The notes beneath the pieces are model-generated. The model was given only the letters and a program-made list of their open reading frames with translations. It was not told the DNA's origin and made no database searches. A DNA stretch of 62,821 bases, the filler included, from Octopus bimaculoides (taxonomy: Eukaryota): assembly GCF_001194135.2 (NCBI RefSeq). It is 6 parts of 6 records of this genome, joined end to end, with 100 filler letters (N's around TTAATTAATTAA, not from the genome) between each part and the next. Parts side by side here need not be neighbours in the genome. Positions count along the whole stretch, not along the records: positions 1 to 18,799 come from NC_068996.1; positions 18,900 to 34,123 come from NC_068981.1; 4 more parts are not named here. One strand, 5' to 3'. Numbering within the stretch: the first letter of the stretch is position 1; each line of letters opens with the position of its first letter. Of the stretch, positions 13,390 to 26,801 are shown piece after piece. A program made the position numbers and the translations under genes.

Positions 13390-14093
13390 TAGGAGGGGAA
13401 GAATTGAGTTCTTGTACTAGAAGGAAAATGTCAACTTCCGAAAGTTTGAAAGGTAGAGTTGACAAGTTTTCGACAACAATCAATACTGCAAGAAATAATT
13501 TCCGAAGGTCTGAACATGCTGCCATTTCACCTATGCATTATATATATATATGCATCCGTTTAACTCTCCCTCTAATTCTTCAATCTCTTTGCTTTCCTTC
13601 CTCACTTACCTCCCTTGTGCCTATTTCTCTCTCTTTCCCTCCCTCTCATTCTTTAGTCTCTTTGATTTTTTCCATACTCTCTTATTCCTTAGTCCCCCTG
13701 CTGTCTTCAGCTGCTCCCCTCCTACCACGTGATCGCTGTCCAGTTAAGGCATTGTCGTCCCTTTTCGGCCAGCCGTCTTTGAGGCCGGTACTATTCGTCT
13801 GTCCCACCGTCCAGTCTGTTCAGATTTTCCATTTCCCTTTGGATCAGCTTATTACGCTCGTCTGATAGTCGAAAGATCCTTTTTGTTTCATTTTTATTGT
13901 ATTTGTACAATTATTTCCCATTTGTTGTATAGCCGAAAGGCGTCTGTCCATTGTATTTGTATATTCTATTTCATAACGTTACGTTCGACCGATAATCGAA
14001 AGACTCTTTCAGTTATTTACTTATTTGTATATGTACAAAATTTTTTTCATTATTTACATTTGACGGATATTTGTCCTCATCTTGTTTGTTGAT

Positions 14094-14139
14094 AACACAA
14101 TGTTGCGGCTGATATACCCTCCAGCCTTCATCAGGTGTC
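14094..14139 (-). ncRNA. Degenerate minimal hammerhead ribozyme
   Basis: GACAC-CUGAUGA-A-GGCUG(10 nt)CAGCC-GCAAC-AUU-GUGUU; stems I and II intact, GAAAC and GUU each carry one substitution. Confidence 0.6.
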
Positions 14140-14268
14140 TTGAGGAAATTTCGAACTTGAGTTCTCATTCCTTATGTATTTTTCGATGTTATTATTATTA
14201 TTATTATTATCATTATTATTATCATTATTATTATTATTATTATTATCATTATTATTATTATTATTATC

Positions 14269-14295
<27 letters not shown>

Positions 14296-14299
<4 letters not shown>

Positions 14300-14376
14300 T
14301 CACTGCTTGGAATCGAACATGGAATCTTGGGGTTAGTAGCCCGTGCTCTTACCCACTACGCCATATGCCCGTGGGC
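14296..14376 (-). other. tRNA-like Pol III head (SINE head, not a functional tRNA)
   Basis: A box TGGCGTAGTGG (14353-14363), B box GTTCGATTCC (14309-14318), CTACTAA loop; no convincing acceptor stem. Confidence 0.75.
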
Positions 14377-14798
14377 AAAATACCCGTCAAATATAAATAA
14401 TGTAAATAATGTAAATAATGTACATAATTCCTCATCTATTAAATATGGAACTGAAAAATTTTTTTCCTTCTACTTTATAACTGAAAGGCGTTCTGTCGTA
14501 CGTATATTATTCTAGCTTTCTCGTTTGGGCTCTGTTCCTGTTTTCGTTCTTGTACTCATTCGTCTGCCTTTCCCACAGACTTAATGCTTTTAGATTAGGT
14601 CCATGGCCCCTACCAGATTCGAGTAGTATCGGAGATAAGAGGCGAACCTACAAAGACATTCCGGACTCTGGTTGAAGAGGCCATCGGCTGCGAATGATCC
14701 GTGTATCTTGTTTTTGTCCTGTTTGCCGTTTGTCGTGTGATCATCCATTTTTCCTGATGTTCTATTTTGATGGTTTCCGTTTGTTGTGTTCTTTCTGT

Positions 14799-14864
<66 letters not shown>

Positions 14865-14869
14865 TAGAT

Positions 14870-16186
14870 AGATATATTAAGAAATGGAGTTAAACGCATG
14901 TGTTATTGAAATCTTTATACTTCCGACATACGTTTCGAAGTAAACATTCATATTACTCCGGAGGGAATAAACAGATGAAAAACAATGCAATCATCTCGTC
15001 AGGGAAGAAAAGAGAAACAAAATGCATCGATAAGCCATTTTAACCGAAAGCGACTACCGAATATATGATGAATGGGACCGTTGGCAAGTTGATTTTTTTA
15101 TTTAAAAAAAAATAGATTTAACAACAAAGGCAATTCAGAGAAAGAGAAGGAGGAGAAAGAAAGAAATTAACAGAAAATGAAGAGTACGATAGATTAATGG
15201 GAATAAAGCTTAAAAGCGTGACAATAAATATATATGTAGTGGAAATGAAATGTAAGAAGACAGTTAAAGGTCGAATTTTATAGATTGGTAGAAATTATTT
15301 ATAGGAATTAAAGGTATGTCTTTGTTAATGTTTGCAACGATAAACGCGTTCTTTAAACGTGTTTACAAGAAAATTCTCCGAGAACAGAATGAGATATTGT
15401 TCTTCGTTACAGAGTGGACAAAAAGATTTACCTTTATCATATGGAAAGGATCTAGATAGAATATTCCATTCCAAATCAAATTGTTTATTATGTTCCTTTA
15501 GAGACCAAATTAATTTACTAAGCCTAGAATTGCTGCGTTTACTGATATGTCAAAATGTAGAGTAATGGTTAGATATTCTTTTCGACACCTGAGATGATGA
15601 ACTACCTATGTGACAAAAGACATCAGAACCGGAAGTAATTTTACATTGATAAACAGAGTTTCTAGTCTTATAACTACTGCTAAGGAAACGAATACGATTC
15701 GAATTTATATCAGAAATACTAACATCGTTATTATAGTTCCTATAAATAATTTCTACCAATCTCTAAAATTCGACTTTTAACTATCTTCTTACATTTCATT
15801 TCCACTACGTATATCTATTCCCACGTTTTTAAGCTTTATTCCCATTCATCTATCGTACTATATTTCTCCATTTTTAATTTTCTGTTAATTTCTTTCTTTC
15901 TTCTCCTTCTCTTTCGCTGAATTGCCTTTGATGTTAAATCTATTAACAGTTTGTTTTTTTAAATTTAACTCGCCAGCGTTCCTCTTCATCATATACGCGG
16001 TGGTCGCATTTGGTTAAAATGGCTTGTTGATGTGTTTTGCTTCTCTTTTTCTTCCCTGACGAGATGATTGCATTGTTTTCCATCATTTTATTCCCTCCGG
16101 AATAATATGAACGTTTTCTTCGAAACATATGTCGGAAGTATAAAGATTCCAATAACACCTGCGTTTATCTCCATTTCTTAATTTAT
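14870..16186 (-). mobile_element. 5'-truncated Penelope-like element with an inverted pseudo-LTR
   Basis: Inverted repeat arms of about 440 bp (14870-15307 and 15737-16186) enclosing a GIY-YIG endonuclease remnant. Confidence 0.85.
15295..15736 (-). pseudogene. Penelope-like GIY-YIG endonuclease remnant
   Basis: SVYQCKITSGSDVFCHIGSSSSQVSKRISNHYSTF*..SKLIWSLKE..EWNILSRSFPY..FCPLCNEEQYLIL..NTFKERVYRCKH*. Confidence 0.85.
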
Positions 16187-16334
16187 CTACGATATACAAA
16201 AACATTTCATTTAACCCTGTGATTTCTACCTTTATAAGTAGGTTATAACATCCTCGGCACTTATATGAATTTTTGCTACCCTAGTAACTATTTATTTTTC
16301 CGTGTTATTTTTACTCATTAAAAAATACATATAC

Positions 16335-16383
<49 letters not shown>

Positions 16384-17044
16384 TATGCCACCTATACAGA
16401 AAACCACACTAAATATGTAGGTAGTATCCAACCAAACGACACATTTTTCTCCCTCTATCCGTGCAAAGAAACAATTTCTGTACAAGAACGTTTAAATAAA
16501 GAAAATTTATTTATCGAAAAGCACAGAACACACCAAAATATGAACGCATAGACAACTTTGGTCTCAGTATATATTTTAATTCATGATCACATACCCATCC
16601 CTGTACATATTTCATCTCACTACTTAACCTTTTGAGTTTTTTATATTTATTTATTCCCCGGACCCCAAGAATGACAAATTACCTCCCCTGTCCCAAATAA
16701 TTACGATCACCAATTACATCCCCTTAGATTTTATACTTGTTGATTCATTCACAAACTTCCATACAAGAACACGGACTGAAATCTTTTTAAGAAAATACGA
16801 AATAACAATAATTTCATTGTCATGATTAACGAAAGCAAAACCGGTCGACAAACACAATAGTCTTTCAATTATAAAATATATTATTAAAACTATGTAAATT
16901 GTCTTCTTTGTATTTTATATATTTTTTGCATTACAACTCATCACGTGGGAATAATCGGAATTCTCCTCATCCCTTTCGTTACTAATTTATATACATATTT
17001 GTATATATGTGTGTTCGGGTGCATGTGTGTGCGTTAATGTGTGA

Positions 17045-17097
<53 letters not shown>

Positions 17098-17112
17098 CAT
17101 ATATATATACAT

Positions 17113-17159
<47 letters not shown>

Positions 17160-17204
17160 GACAGAGACAGAGACAGAGACAGAGACAGACAGGCACACAG
17201 ACAG

Positions 17205-17272
<68 letters not shown>

Positions 17273-18266
17273 TCACTTTCTCTGTCGATTGCATCTCTAC
17301 TACAAATCATATTGTACATATTGTATCACGTTAATTCGGTTTAATAATAGTATGTATGTATGTATGTATGTATGTAAGTATGTATGTATGTATGTATGCA
17401 TGCTTGTATGTATGTACACTGGTATGTTTGTGCGCATTTGTACATTTGCGCGTTTATGTATATGTATACATGTGAGTGTACGTGTGTGTATGCGTGTGTG
17501 TGATTACATGCATGCAAAGATTCATGCATATATACATACAAGCATGTAACAATGATGACATACGCCTTAAAACTTTACACTTGACACGTTGATTCTTACT
17601 GAAGAATCTTTTAATTTTTAACAGTTTTGTCAGTTTAAGTGAAGAATCCGAGATAAAGTTAAATGTCAGCATCAGAAGAATTTCATCTTTTCAGTTACCA
17701 TGTGAAATATAGAAACTTATATTTCTGTTCCCGGTGCTTTACGCCAGTGTGAAGAATGGAGAAAGAAAATCGACAATTCCTCGCACCTCATAATTCAAAG
17801 AGTAAGTGTTCCCTTGATCGGAGAAGTAAATGTTTAGCTCTGATCAAATGTAAAGGAAGGAGAAAGGTCTAGGAAATATAGAGAGGTGAGTTAAAAGACA
17901 GGTAGACATTGACTGCGAGAATGGGGAGAATGAAAAATATTGATAGTTTTTGAGACTGTTTGAATGGCTTCCATTTATGTGCATAAAGAGTCCAAATGAA
18001 TAATTCTGCGCGTTTTTAACGTATGACAGAGATTATTGACTACGTATGTGTCACAATGTGCGTGCATTTGTATATATATATATATATACACATGTGTGTG
18101 TGTATGTGCGGCAGAGACATAGAGTGTGTTTACGTGAGAGAGAGAATGGGAGAGAGAGAATGGGAGAGAGAGAATTGTGTACAGAAAATAGGATATGCAG
18201 ATAGAAAAAACAAGCATTAACTGAGGTAAGCAGGGAACAAAAAAAAATTGAGACAACACGAGTGAA

Positions 18267-18445
18267 AAGAAGAAGAAGAAGAAGAAGAAGAAGAAGAAGA
18301 AGAAGAAGAAGAAGAAGAAGAAGAAGAAGAAGAAGAAGAAGAAGAAGAAGAAGAAGAAGAAGAAGAAGAAGAAGAAGAAGAATTGGAAGAAGAAGAAGAA
18401 GAAGAAGAAGAAGCAGAAGAAGAAGAAGAAGACGAAGAAGAAGAA
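18267..18445. repeat. (AAG)n microsatellite
   Basis: Direct reading. Confidence 0.95.
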
Positions 18446-18696
18446 TAAGAATCGAACGATGATTAAAGAGATGGAGTACAGACTTGCAAAGATGAAAGTA
18501 AAATAAAAAGTGATAGTAATTGAGCAAGATGTGCGTGTGTATGTGTGTATACACATAGACATATATATATATATATATATATTATAGGCTATTTATATAT
18601 ACATGTATATATGCACATGTATGTATATGTGCATGTGTATAGATGCGTAAATGTGTATATACATGCACACGTATATTTCAATGTATGTATATATAC

Positions 18697-18748
<52 letters not shown>

Positions 18749-18799
18749 GACCAGTGATAGTATGTTTTACATATAAAGTAAGAAAGTTTAAGAAATAAA

Positions 18800-18899
18800 N
18801 NNNNNNNNNNNNNNNNNNNNNNNNNNNNNNNNNNNNNNNNNNNTTAATTAATTAANNNNNNNNNNNNNNNNNNNNNNNNNNNNNNNNNNNNNNNNNNNN
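18800..18899. other. Synthetic scaffold-join spacer (44 N + TTAATTAATTAA at 18844-18855 + 44 N)
   Basis: Exactly 100 bp, symmetric, identical at five places. Confidence 0.95.
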
Positions 18900-19272
18900 G
18901 AGAAAAAGTCGGATTTTAAAGGAAAAGACCAGCTAATTTATATGTTAGTCCTTATTACATATATTTCCATTTCAGAAAACCATATGCTAGTGTTACCACT
19001 ACCGCTACCACTACCGCTGCCACCACCACTGGCACCGTCACTACCATCACCCCCGCTGCTGCTGTTGCTGCTGTGACCGCGCTGCAGCATAGCGGAAATG
19101 TATATTTTTTTATGTAAATTGTACCGAAACATAAATGATGGGGTACAGGGTTCTGATGGGGTTTTACACAGAATAAGATTATTTGCTTTTTTGGTTTTTG
19201 GTTTTTGGTTGTTATTTTTAGCCATTTTCATTCTATACTTTAAAAATACGTGTGTGTGTCTATATATATATA

Positions 19273-19832
19273 GCGTCGTTATAATCATTTTAGTGTAGTG
19301 TCGTTGGACCGCTTCAAGCTTTGTTGTTACTTTGATGCTATGTAGTAACCACAGCTGAGAGCAGTAACCCAGGCGGCCGAGAACAAAACTCCTCCACAAG
19401 TCGAACATGCTTTCTTCGTCTCTTGTCTTGAAGGATCTTAATATCTATCCTACCAGTTGTTTGCCCTTTGTTGCCATCTTGGTAATGTGCATCTGAAATG
19501 ATGCATCATTATACATACTGATCCCCAAGTCTCTCAGTCTTTGTGGCGCTGGGATTGTAGTGCCATCGGGTCCTATATAAGCAGGCTGCGGTGCATTTCC
19601 TTTGTGACCTGATAGTGCACTGCTTGAAATATTCCAACATTTTAACTGCATATTGTTTTCTTCAGTTTGCGACATCATCTGTTTTTTGTTTTGTTCTTTT
19701 ATTGCCTGTGATAATTTTATATCTGCGTAGCTAGAGATAATGATTGTCTGAGTAATCATGTGCATATCTGGGAGAGCTATTACAAACAGTAATGTACCTA
19801 AAACAGTTCCATTGGGGACGCCACTATGTAAG
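19273..19832 (-). pseudogene. CR1/L2-group non-LTR retrotransposon RT fragment
   Basis: SGVPNGTVLGTLLF..SYAD..RDLGISMYNDASFQMHI..G*ILRSFKTRD..RLGYCSQLW..LEAVQRHYTK. Confidence 0.85.
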
Positions 19833-20062
19833 TAAATATATATATATATANNNNNNNNNNNNNNNNNNNNNNNNNNNNNNNNNNNNNNNNNNNNNNNNNN
19901 NNNNNNNNNNNNNNNNNNNNNNNNNNNNNNNNNNNNNNNNNNNNNNNNNNNNNNNNNNNNNNNNNNNNNNNNNNNNNNNNNNNNNNNNNNNNNNNNNNNN
20001 NNNNNNNNNNNNNNTATATATATGTACGTTTGAAGTGATGAATGAATATATTTATATGTGTA

Positions 20063-20277
20063 AGGCGGAGAACTGGCAGAAACCTTAGCACACCGGGTGA
20101 AATGCTTAACGGTATTTCGTCTGTCTTTACGTTTTGAGTTCAAATTCCGCCGAGGTCGACTTTGCCTTTCATCCTTTCGGGGTAGATAATTTAAGTACCA
20201 GTTGCGTACTAGGGTCGATCTAATCGACTGGCCCCTCCCCAAAAATTTCGGGCGGTGTGCCTTGAGTAGAAAAGAAT
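20063..20277 (+). mobile_element. SINE family A
   Basis: Full head, core and tail. Confidence 0.9.
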
Positions 20278-21138
20278 ATATTTATGTATGCATGTATGCA
20301 TCCATGTATGCATTCATATATGTATGTATGTATGAATGCATGTATGTATGTCTCTGTATGTATGTGTGTTTGCGCGTATGTATATTTTTAATTATACTTA
20401 TTTATTAACTGTTAATTGTTTTCCAGACGAGAAAATGGTTGCATGCTGCGAAGTAATGAGTCTATAACTACTTCGGTAAAAATTAATATCAACAACAAAC
20501 CATTAGTGGTAGTAGTTAACTAACCGAGTATATTCTTTGTTGGTTTCAGGTTTAATTTAACTTTTAACAAAAGGATATTGTTTCTTCGAAAAGCAGTTAG
20601 CCATCGTAGAGATCGATGAGAACCGATAAAAGCAGCAATGTATAGTTTAAGTTTGTTCAACTTATCAGAAATAACAGCCGAGTGCTCCCTCAAGTCACAT
20701 CTGCGGTGTTAAATAGAAAACGATTGGATTCTTTGGATAAGAACGAAATATTCCTGATTACGTTCCCCACTTAACATTAATTATAGGTATCCTAGTTCAT
20801 GGTCATCCTGGAGCACAACAACAACAGACAAAAGTATAGGCTAAAAGTTAGTCCTGTTCAGTGTGAGAGAGAAGAAATGAAATGTTAAGGCCGCATTATC
20901 ATAAGTATCCTGTATCAGTATCATCTCGGTGCGCAACAAACCAAGCTAAAAGCAGATGTTGATATATAGGATATATTGCGTTTAAGGATAGAAAGGAAAC
21001 GTTAAGGCTTGTCGGGTGGGGTGTGAATTCAGAACATCAAGGTATGGAATTATATACTGAATAGCTGTAGGGATTAGTCAAGCAATCTCTTTTTATCGCT
21101 TTTTTTTCGCTCATAAATATGCGTGTGTAGGTGTGTAG

Positions 21139-21171
<33 letters not shown>

Positions 21172-21327
21172 TGCGTGCGTGCGTAAGTGCCTGTGAGTGA
21201 ATGTATGCATGTATGTGAGTTCTATGTTATCATAGGTAGCCATTTCTACACGGTATCATAGAAGAGTTGCAATTGCAACGGTTACTAATCGGTGGTGCAG
21301 TCGAAACATGTGTAGGTCTACGTAAAG

Positions 21328-21387
<60 letters not shown>

Positions 21388-21694
21388 TTCTCTCTCTATC
21401 TCTCTCTCTCTCCCTCTCTCTCTCTCTCTGTATATATATACATATATATACATATNNNNNNNNNNNNNNNNNNNNNNNNNNNNNNNNNNNNNNNNNNNNN
21501 NNNNNNNNNNNNNNNNNNNNNNNNNNNNNNNNNNNNNNNNNNNNNNNNNNNNNNNNNNNNNNNNNNNNNNNNNNNNNNNNNNNNNNNNNNNNNNNNNNNN
21601 NNNNNNNNNNNNNNNNNNNNNNNNNNNNNNNNNNNNNNNNNNNNNNNNNNNNNNNNNNNNNNNNNNNNNNNNNNNNNNNNNNNNNNNNNNNNNN

Positions 21695-21737
<43 letters not shown>

Positions 21738-21738
<1 letters not shown>

Positions 21739-21812
21739 GAGGGTGAGTCAAAAAGTAATGCCATTTAGTTTAGGACAGGTATAATACAATGGTACAGATG
21801 CTTCTGGCTAAG
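21738..21812 (+). mobile_element. Mariner-type terminal fragment
   Basis: TA|CGAGGGTGAGTCAAAAAGTAATGCC directly after (TA)n; partner TIR not found. Confidence 0.5.
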
Positions 21813-22872
21813 CAGTATGTATGTATGTATGTATATATGTATGTATGTATGCATGTATTATATGTCGAATCTATGGATTGAATTGGATTTCGTGCTTCCA
21901 TTTTTCAAGTATCCTCCAACACTCAATGTATTGAATCTTGTTTATTTCAATGCACGCTCTACGTTTTCATACCTAACCATGTCTGGCGTCCTATGAGTTG
22001 AGGTACCTTGATACTTATGGATTCATAAAACAGAATCATTCATATATGCATATGTGTGTGTGTACGCGTATGTGTAAATTTGTATGGATGTATGTATGTA
22101 AGTATGTATATTTGTCACTCCATTACCTCCTAATATGTTAAATATTCTTTACGCTGAAAGAAAGAAGGTTACACATTGCGCTGGGAGGCATGTAGTAGAT
22201 TACAAGACCCTTAGTAACATGATTATGACCTGTTTTAACAATTCTGAGGGGAGTAATCGCAAAGTGAAACGCGGTGGAACTTGAAATTAGAACATGAAGG
22301 GGTGTAACTAAATACTGTACTGCCACCCTTAATGTTTTCAAATTTATGCGCACGGGTGTAAATTTGTAGGGTGGGGATTGTCAATTTAACCAAACTAACA
22401 CCGTTAAAGTATTGTTGCAACATTCTGTTTAATGCACCGTTGCCCTATTCGAGAGGAGGAAAGGCAAACTGACAAAGGCGGGATTGGGATTCATCAAGTA
22501 AAAGTGTTCTAATTAAATGCCATAAGGTATTTTTCCACTCCCGTGTCGATTCTCATATTCACCATCCTTTGTTGTTACTGTAATTGTTGTTGTTGATGAT
22601 GATGATAATGATGATGATGATGCAGAGGAGGAGGAAGAAGGGCAGGACGAGGACAACAACGACCTCGACGAAAAGACTGTAATAATGATGAAGATGGCGA
22701 AGTGGATGATGCTGATGACTTTTATTATTATCATTATCAATAATATTAATACACTATCTTTTTGTTTTTGTACGTACCTGTGGTGTGTGTCACACTTCAA
22801 AGAAGTAACAAAGCGAGAGAGAGAGAGATGGACAGAGAGGAAGTAAGAGGGAAACAGGGAGAGAGAGAGCGG

Positions 22873-22989
<117 letters not shown>

Positions 22990-24452
22990 TATTTAATGGT
23001 ACTTAATGGTATTAAGTACCACTCCACTGCTATGGAATGGTACTTAATACAACTGATGCCGAAAGGATGACGGATCCTTTCCTTTTGGCCGGCACATATA
23101 AAAAATAATTTTTGTGTGACTAAACACTTTCACATTTCGTATACTGGTAGAATGTGTCATTTAAAACATCATTTACTCTTGGCGTTTTTAAGAAAATTCT
23201 TTATTTTCTAAGTTATTTTGTGTTAAAGTATTCGTATTTCGGTAATTTCAACCAATCAATGACGTCGATTTAGGTGAAAACATTTACTGCTGTGGTTTGT
23301 CAACAGCACGTACTGGCGGTGTAATGGGATCTTTTCCCTTGAATAAAATTACTGCCGTTGTTTGTCAACAAAAACTATCGGCGGTACTGTTATTTATGAC
23401 ATCGTTCGTGCGTTTGTACTGGTTTTAACTTTAGGTTTTAGGGTATATTAAAACGACTGTCTCATTCTCAAAAAGCGTTGGAAAGTATGCTTACTTTGGT
23501 ATAAATATTCAGAAAGATAATAGCTGGCAGTATTGAAAGAATCAGAAACAAGTCGCCGTTTAAATATGTTCCTTTTATTGTATTGTATTGTAATCTTGCT
23601 GGAATCAACTTTGATTTTATTGTTTAGAGTTCAATAAAAAAAATATACTGGTCAAGGTCCGGAGGTACATTTCATCGACTGTATATTTCTCCAATTTTTG
23701 GTTTGTGTTCCTATTAAACGTCATTAATCTTACAAAAATAAGTGCACCTTTAATCTTTGTCCAAAGCTAATAATATTATTCCGAGTATATAATGAATGTC
23801 TTATCTTTCACCAATATCATGTATGTTAGTGAGATAGTTATGATAGAGCTAACGTTACTTCTTTGCATAATTTTCATACTTAAAATCTGTGGATGTATAA
23901 AGACAATTATATTTACACAATACTTGATAGCATTGTTCCCAGAAGAACGAAAGGCAACGCCAGCTTCGACGAGTTTGGAAAATAGCACAAACATTAACAA
24001 ATAATTTCGGAATTAATTTAGAAGATAATTGTTTAGCTCGCATTATTAAAACTTTAGATTAATTTTTGTATCATGAGAAGAAAAATGTGTTATCAACAAA
24101 CATCTCAGTGGTTCTTGGTTCAAATCTTGCTGAGATCGAACTAATTTTTTTTGTTTTTTGTTTTTTTTCCAGAAGTATTTAAAATTAATACCATTATGAA
24201 CATTTCTTCTGTTCTAAGAGATCATTGTGTTCCATGTTAACAAGCAGCTTTAGGAAACTGGCGTAATCCTTTATTCAGTAAAACTGTTCCCTCAAATTAA
24301 AAGTTGTGTATTTACCAGCCATGCGATGAGAAACAGCTGAAAGCCAACAAAAGAAGGTACACACTCTTGTAAATAGATGTCAGTAAAGATACCTGCAGAT
24401 GAATTAAACAAAAGTGGCCAGCGAGCCAATCAGGAAACATATATGCATATAA

Positions 24453-24686
24453 AGGCGGCGAGCTGGCAGAAACGTCAGCACGCCAGGCGAAATGCTTAGC
24501 GGTATTTAGTCTGTCTTTACGTTCTGAGTTCAAATTCCGCCGAGGTCGACTTTGCCTTTCAACCTTTCGGAATCGATAAATTAAGTACCAGTTACGCACT
24601 GGGGTCGATGTAATTGACTTAATCCCTTTGTCTGTCCTTGTTTTTCCCCTCTATGTTTAGCCCCTTGTAGGCAATAAAGAAATAAG
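24453..24686 (+). mobile_element. SINE family A (long-tail variant)
   Basis: Full head, core and tail ending agccccttgtaggcaataaagaaataag. Confidence 0.9.
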
Positions 24687-25678
24687 AAACGTATATGCAG
24701 TTCTTTCACCTGCTAGAAATGTCAACAAAATCTTCCTTCAAATATTGCTCTACTATTTTAAAAATAGCTGAACATATTTGATAACTCAATTCTAGATATA
24801 ATATACCAGAAAAAATATAAACGAGTTTAACGACTAGGACTGAAGTCTAAAGATAAAAATTCTATCAAAGATGAACAGTAAATACAATACAAAGTAGAGA
24901 AGAAACACAACACTTCAAAAGTTAAGTACAAACATGCAAATATACTCACGCATTTGTACAAAAATATCAATATGTTTACACGTGCATAAATATACCAGTA
25001 TATACATATATGTGTACGAACACACCAGTATATTTATATATATGTTCGAAAATATCAATATACTCCCACATATGTACAAATATATCAATAGATCTATAGA
25101 TATGAACAAAATATCAAAAACAACACATACACACAACCTCGAATCACAAGAAAACATTACAGGAAAAGACCCAAAGTTCTATAATTATTTTCCTTCTCAC
25201 ATTCATAATCTGACAGTAAATTTAAATAGCAAATTTACACGCAAGCATTCATACATAAAATACACAGAAACGACCAAAATAACTAATAAGCACTATGTAA
25301 ATTATATGCAAAGAATCTGGCCATACAATATTAACGGCCTAGAAATGCACTAACGGCCTTTAAAATTCCCATTAATAGCCTAAAAACACCTTTGTAGAAC
25401 GAAAACAATTCATTTTCGTACAAGACTTTCTATTATATTATATATCTCTTTTGTGCAAGAACCAACATTATGAACCTAACAGAGGGACCCTCAAATTCGA
25501 AATTATACATCGATAAGGCATGACGGATTATTCCGTGAAGCCAACCTCATGATATATACAAATATTAGGAATCCAGAAAATAAATACCACCCTCTTCGAT
25601 AACACTCCTGATATGAAAATATTCAAAATAAGTATAATGATTCAATGTATATTGACATTATCGATATTCATACAATCT

Positions 25679-25870
25679 GAGCTGGTAGAAACATTAGCTT
25701 AGCAGTATTTCGTCTGCCGCTACGTTCTGAGTTCAAATTCCGCCGAGGTCGACTTTGCCTTTCATCCTGACGGGGTCGATAAATTAAGTACCATTTAAAC
25801 ACTGGGGTCGATGTAATCGACTTAATCCCTTTGTCTGTCCTTGTTTGTCCCCTCTATGTTTAGCCCCTTG
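25679..25870 (+). mobile_element. SINE family A
   Basis: Core and long tail. Confidence 0.85.
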
Positions 25871-26039
25871 TTATGGCCAATGTGACGATCACACGCTACA
25901 TACCTTCATTCGAAGCACTGCTGTTGACAGCGGAAGTGAGCTAGAATGTTAGAAATTAGTGCGCATACACAACAGAATTCATGGTCAATCTTTCCAGAGC
26001 TCCTTTAATCTACGTGTTTCAGCTTCGTTATTATGGCAA

Positions 26040-26390
26040 CAGTCCGGATACTTATTGATCAGACCTCGTATACTCACATTCAATGTCTTCTGTTTACATA
26101 ACCTTCGCGTACCTCCTCAAAACATACGTGGATGACATCACAGACGTATATCACCACATTACAGACACAGCAGTACAATTTTGCCAAACCTACACCAACC
26201 ACCAAGAAACCTGGCTACAAATCAAAACGATTAGTAGCACCTGCCAAATCTCGCTATCTCTCTTCTTACCAACTAGAACAGTGAACCCCAATTACAACCA
26301 ATTATCACGCTCAAAGGTACACAGAACTTAGAAATGTTTGGAGTTATATACAACACCTCTACAACATTCCAAGCACATGTAGAACACAGT
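26040..26390 (+). pseudogene. Highly degenerate non-LTR RT fragment
   Basis: LKTYVDDIT (YxDD-like) followed downstream by EMFGVIYNTSTTFQAHV (resembles LGV..D..LTF..HI). Confidence 0.4.
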
Positions 26391-26429
26391 CAAGAAAAAA
26401 AAAAACTACATATAAATACACGTATAGTT

Positions 26430-26610
26430 GTAACAGTTGTTAGCGGCATTTCGTCCATTTTTACGTTCTGAGTTCAAATTCCGCCGTGGTCGACTTTGTC
26501 ATTCATCTTTTCCAGATCGATCAAATAAGTACCAACTGAAAACTGGGGTTGATGTAATCAACTTGATCCCTCTCCCGAAATTACTGGCATTGGACCAAAA
26601 TTTGAAACTA
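26430..26610 (+). mobile_element. SINE family A, 5'-truncated
   Basis: Core motif gttctgagttcaaattccgcc..gtcgactttg. Confidence 0.8.
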
Positions 26611-26647
26611 CTGTCGACGTTCCCTGTTGTCTACTTTACATATATAT

Positions 26648-26801
26648 AGGCCTAGGCGTGGCTGTGTGGTAAGAACCTTTCTTCCCAACCACATGGTAGC
26701 GGGTTCAGTCCCGCTGCGTAGCACCTTGGACAAATGTCTTCTGCTAGAGACTCGGACCGACTAAAGCCTTGTGAGTGGATTTGGTAGAAGGAAACTGAAA
26801 C
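26648..26801 (+). mobile_element. SINE family B head
   Basis: ggcgtggctgtgtggtaaga..gggttcagtccc..aaagccttgtgagtggatttggtaga. Confidence 0.85.

Larger units (their letters stand above)
14049..14454 (-). mobile_element. tRNA-headed, HHR-bearing non-autonomous retroelement with an inverted 5' extension
   Basis: 12-bp direct repeat AAAATTTTTTTC at 14037-14048 and 14455-14466; tRNA-like head, (AAT)n spacer, HHR-like core; 24-bp inverted repeat (22/24) at 14049-14072 vs 14378-14401. Confidence 0.75.

Noticed and set aside
14296-14376. Functional tRNA-Ser(ACT)
   Set aside because: Poor acceptor stem, an anticodon not normally used by eukaryotes, and enclosed in a TSD-flanked insertion
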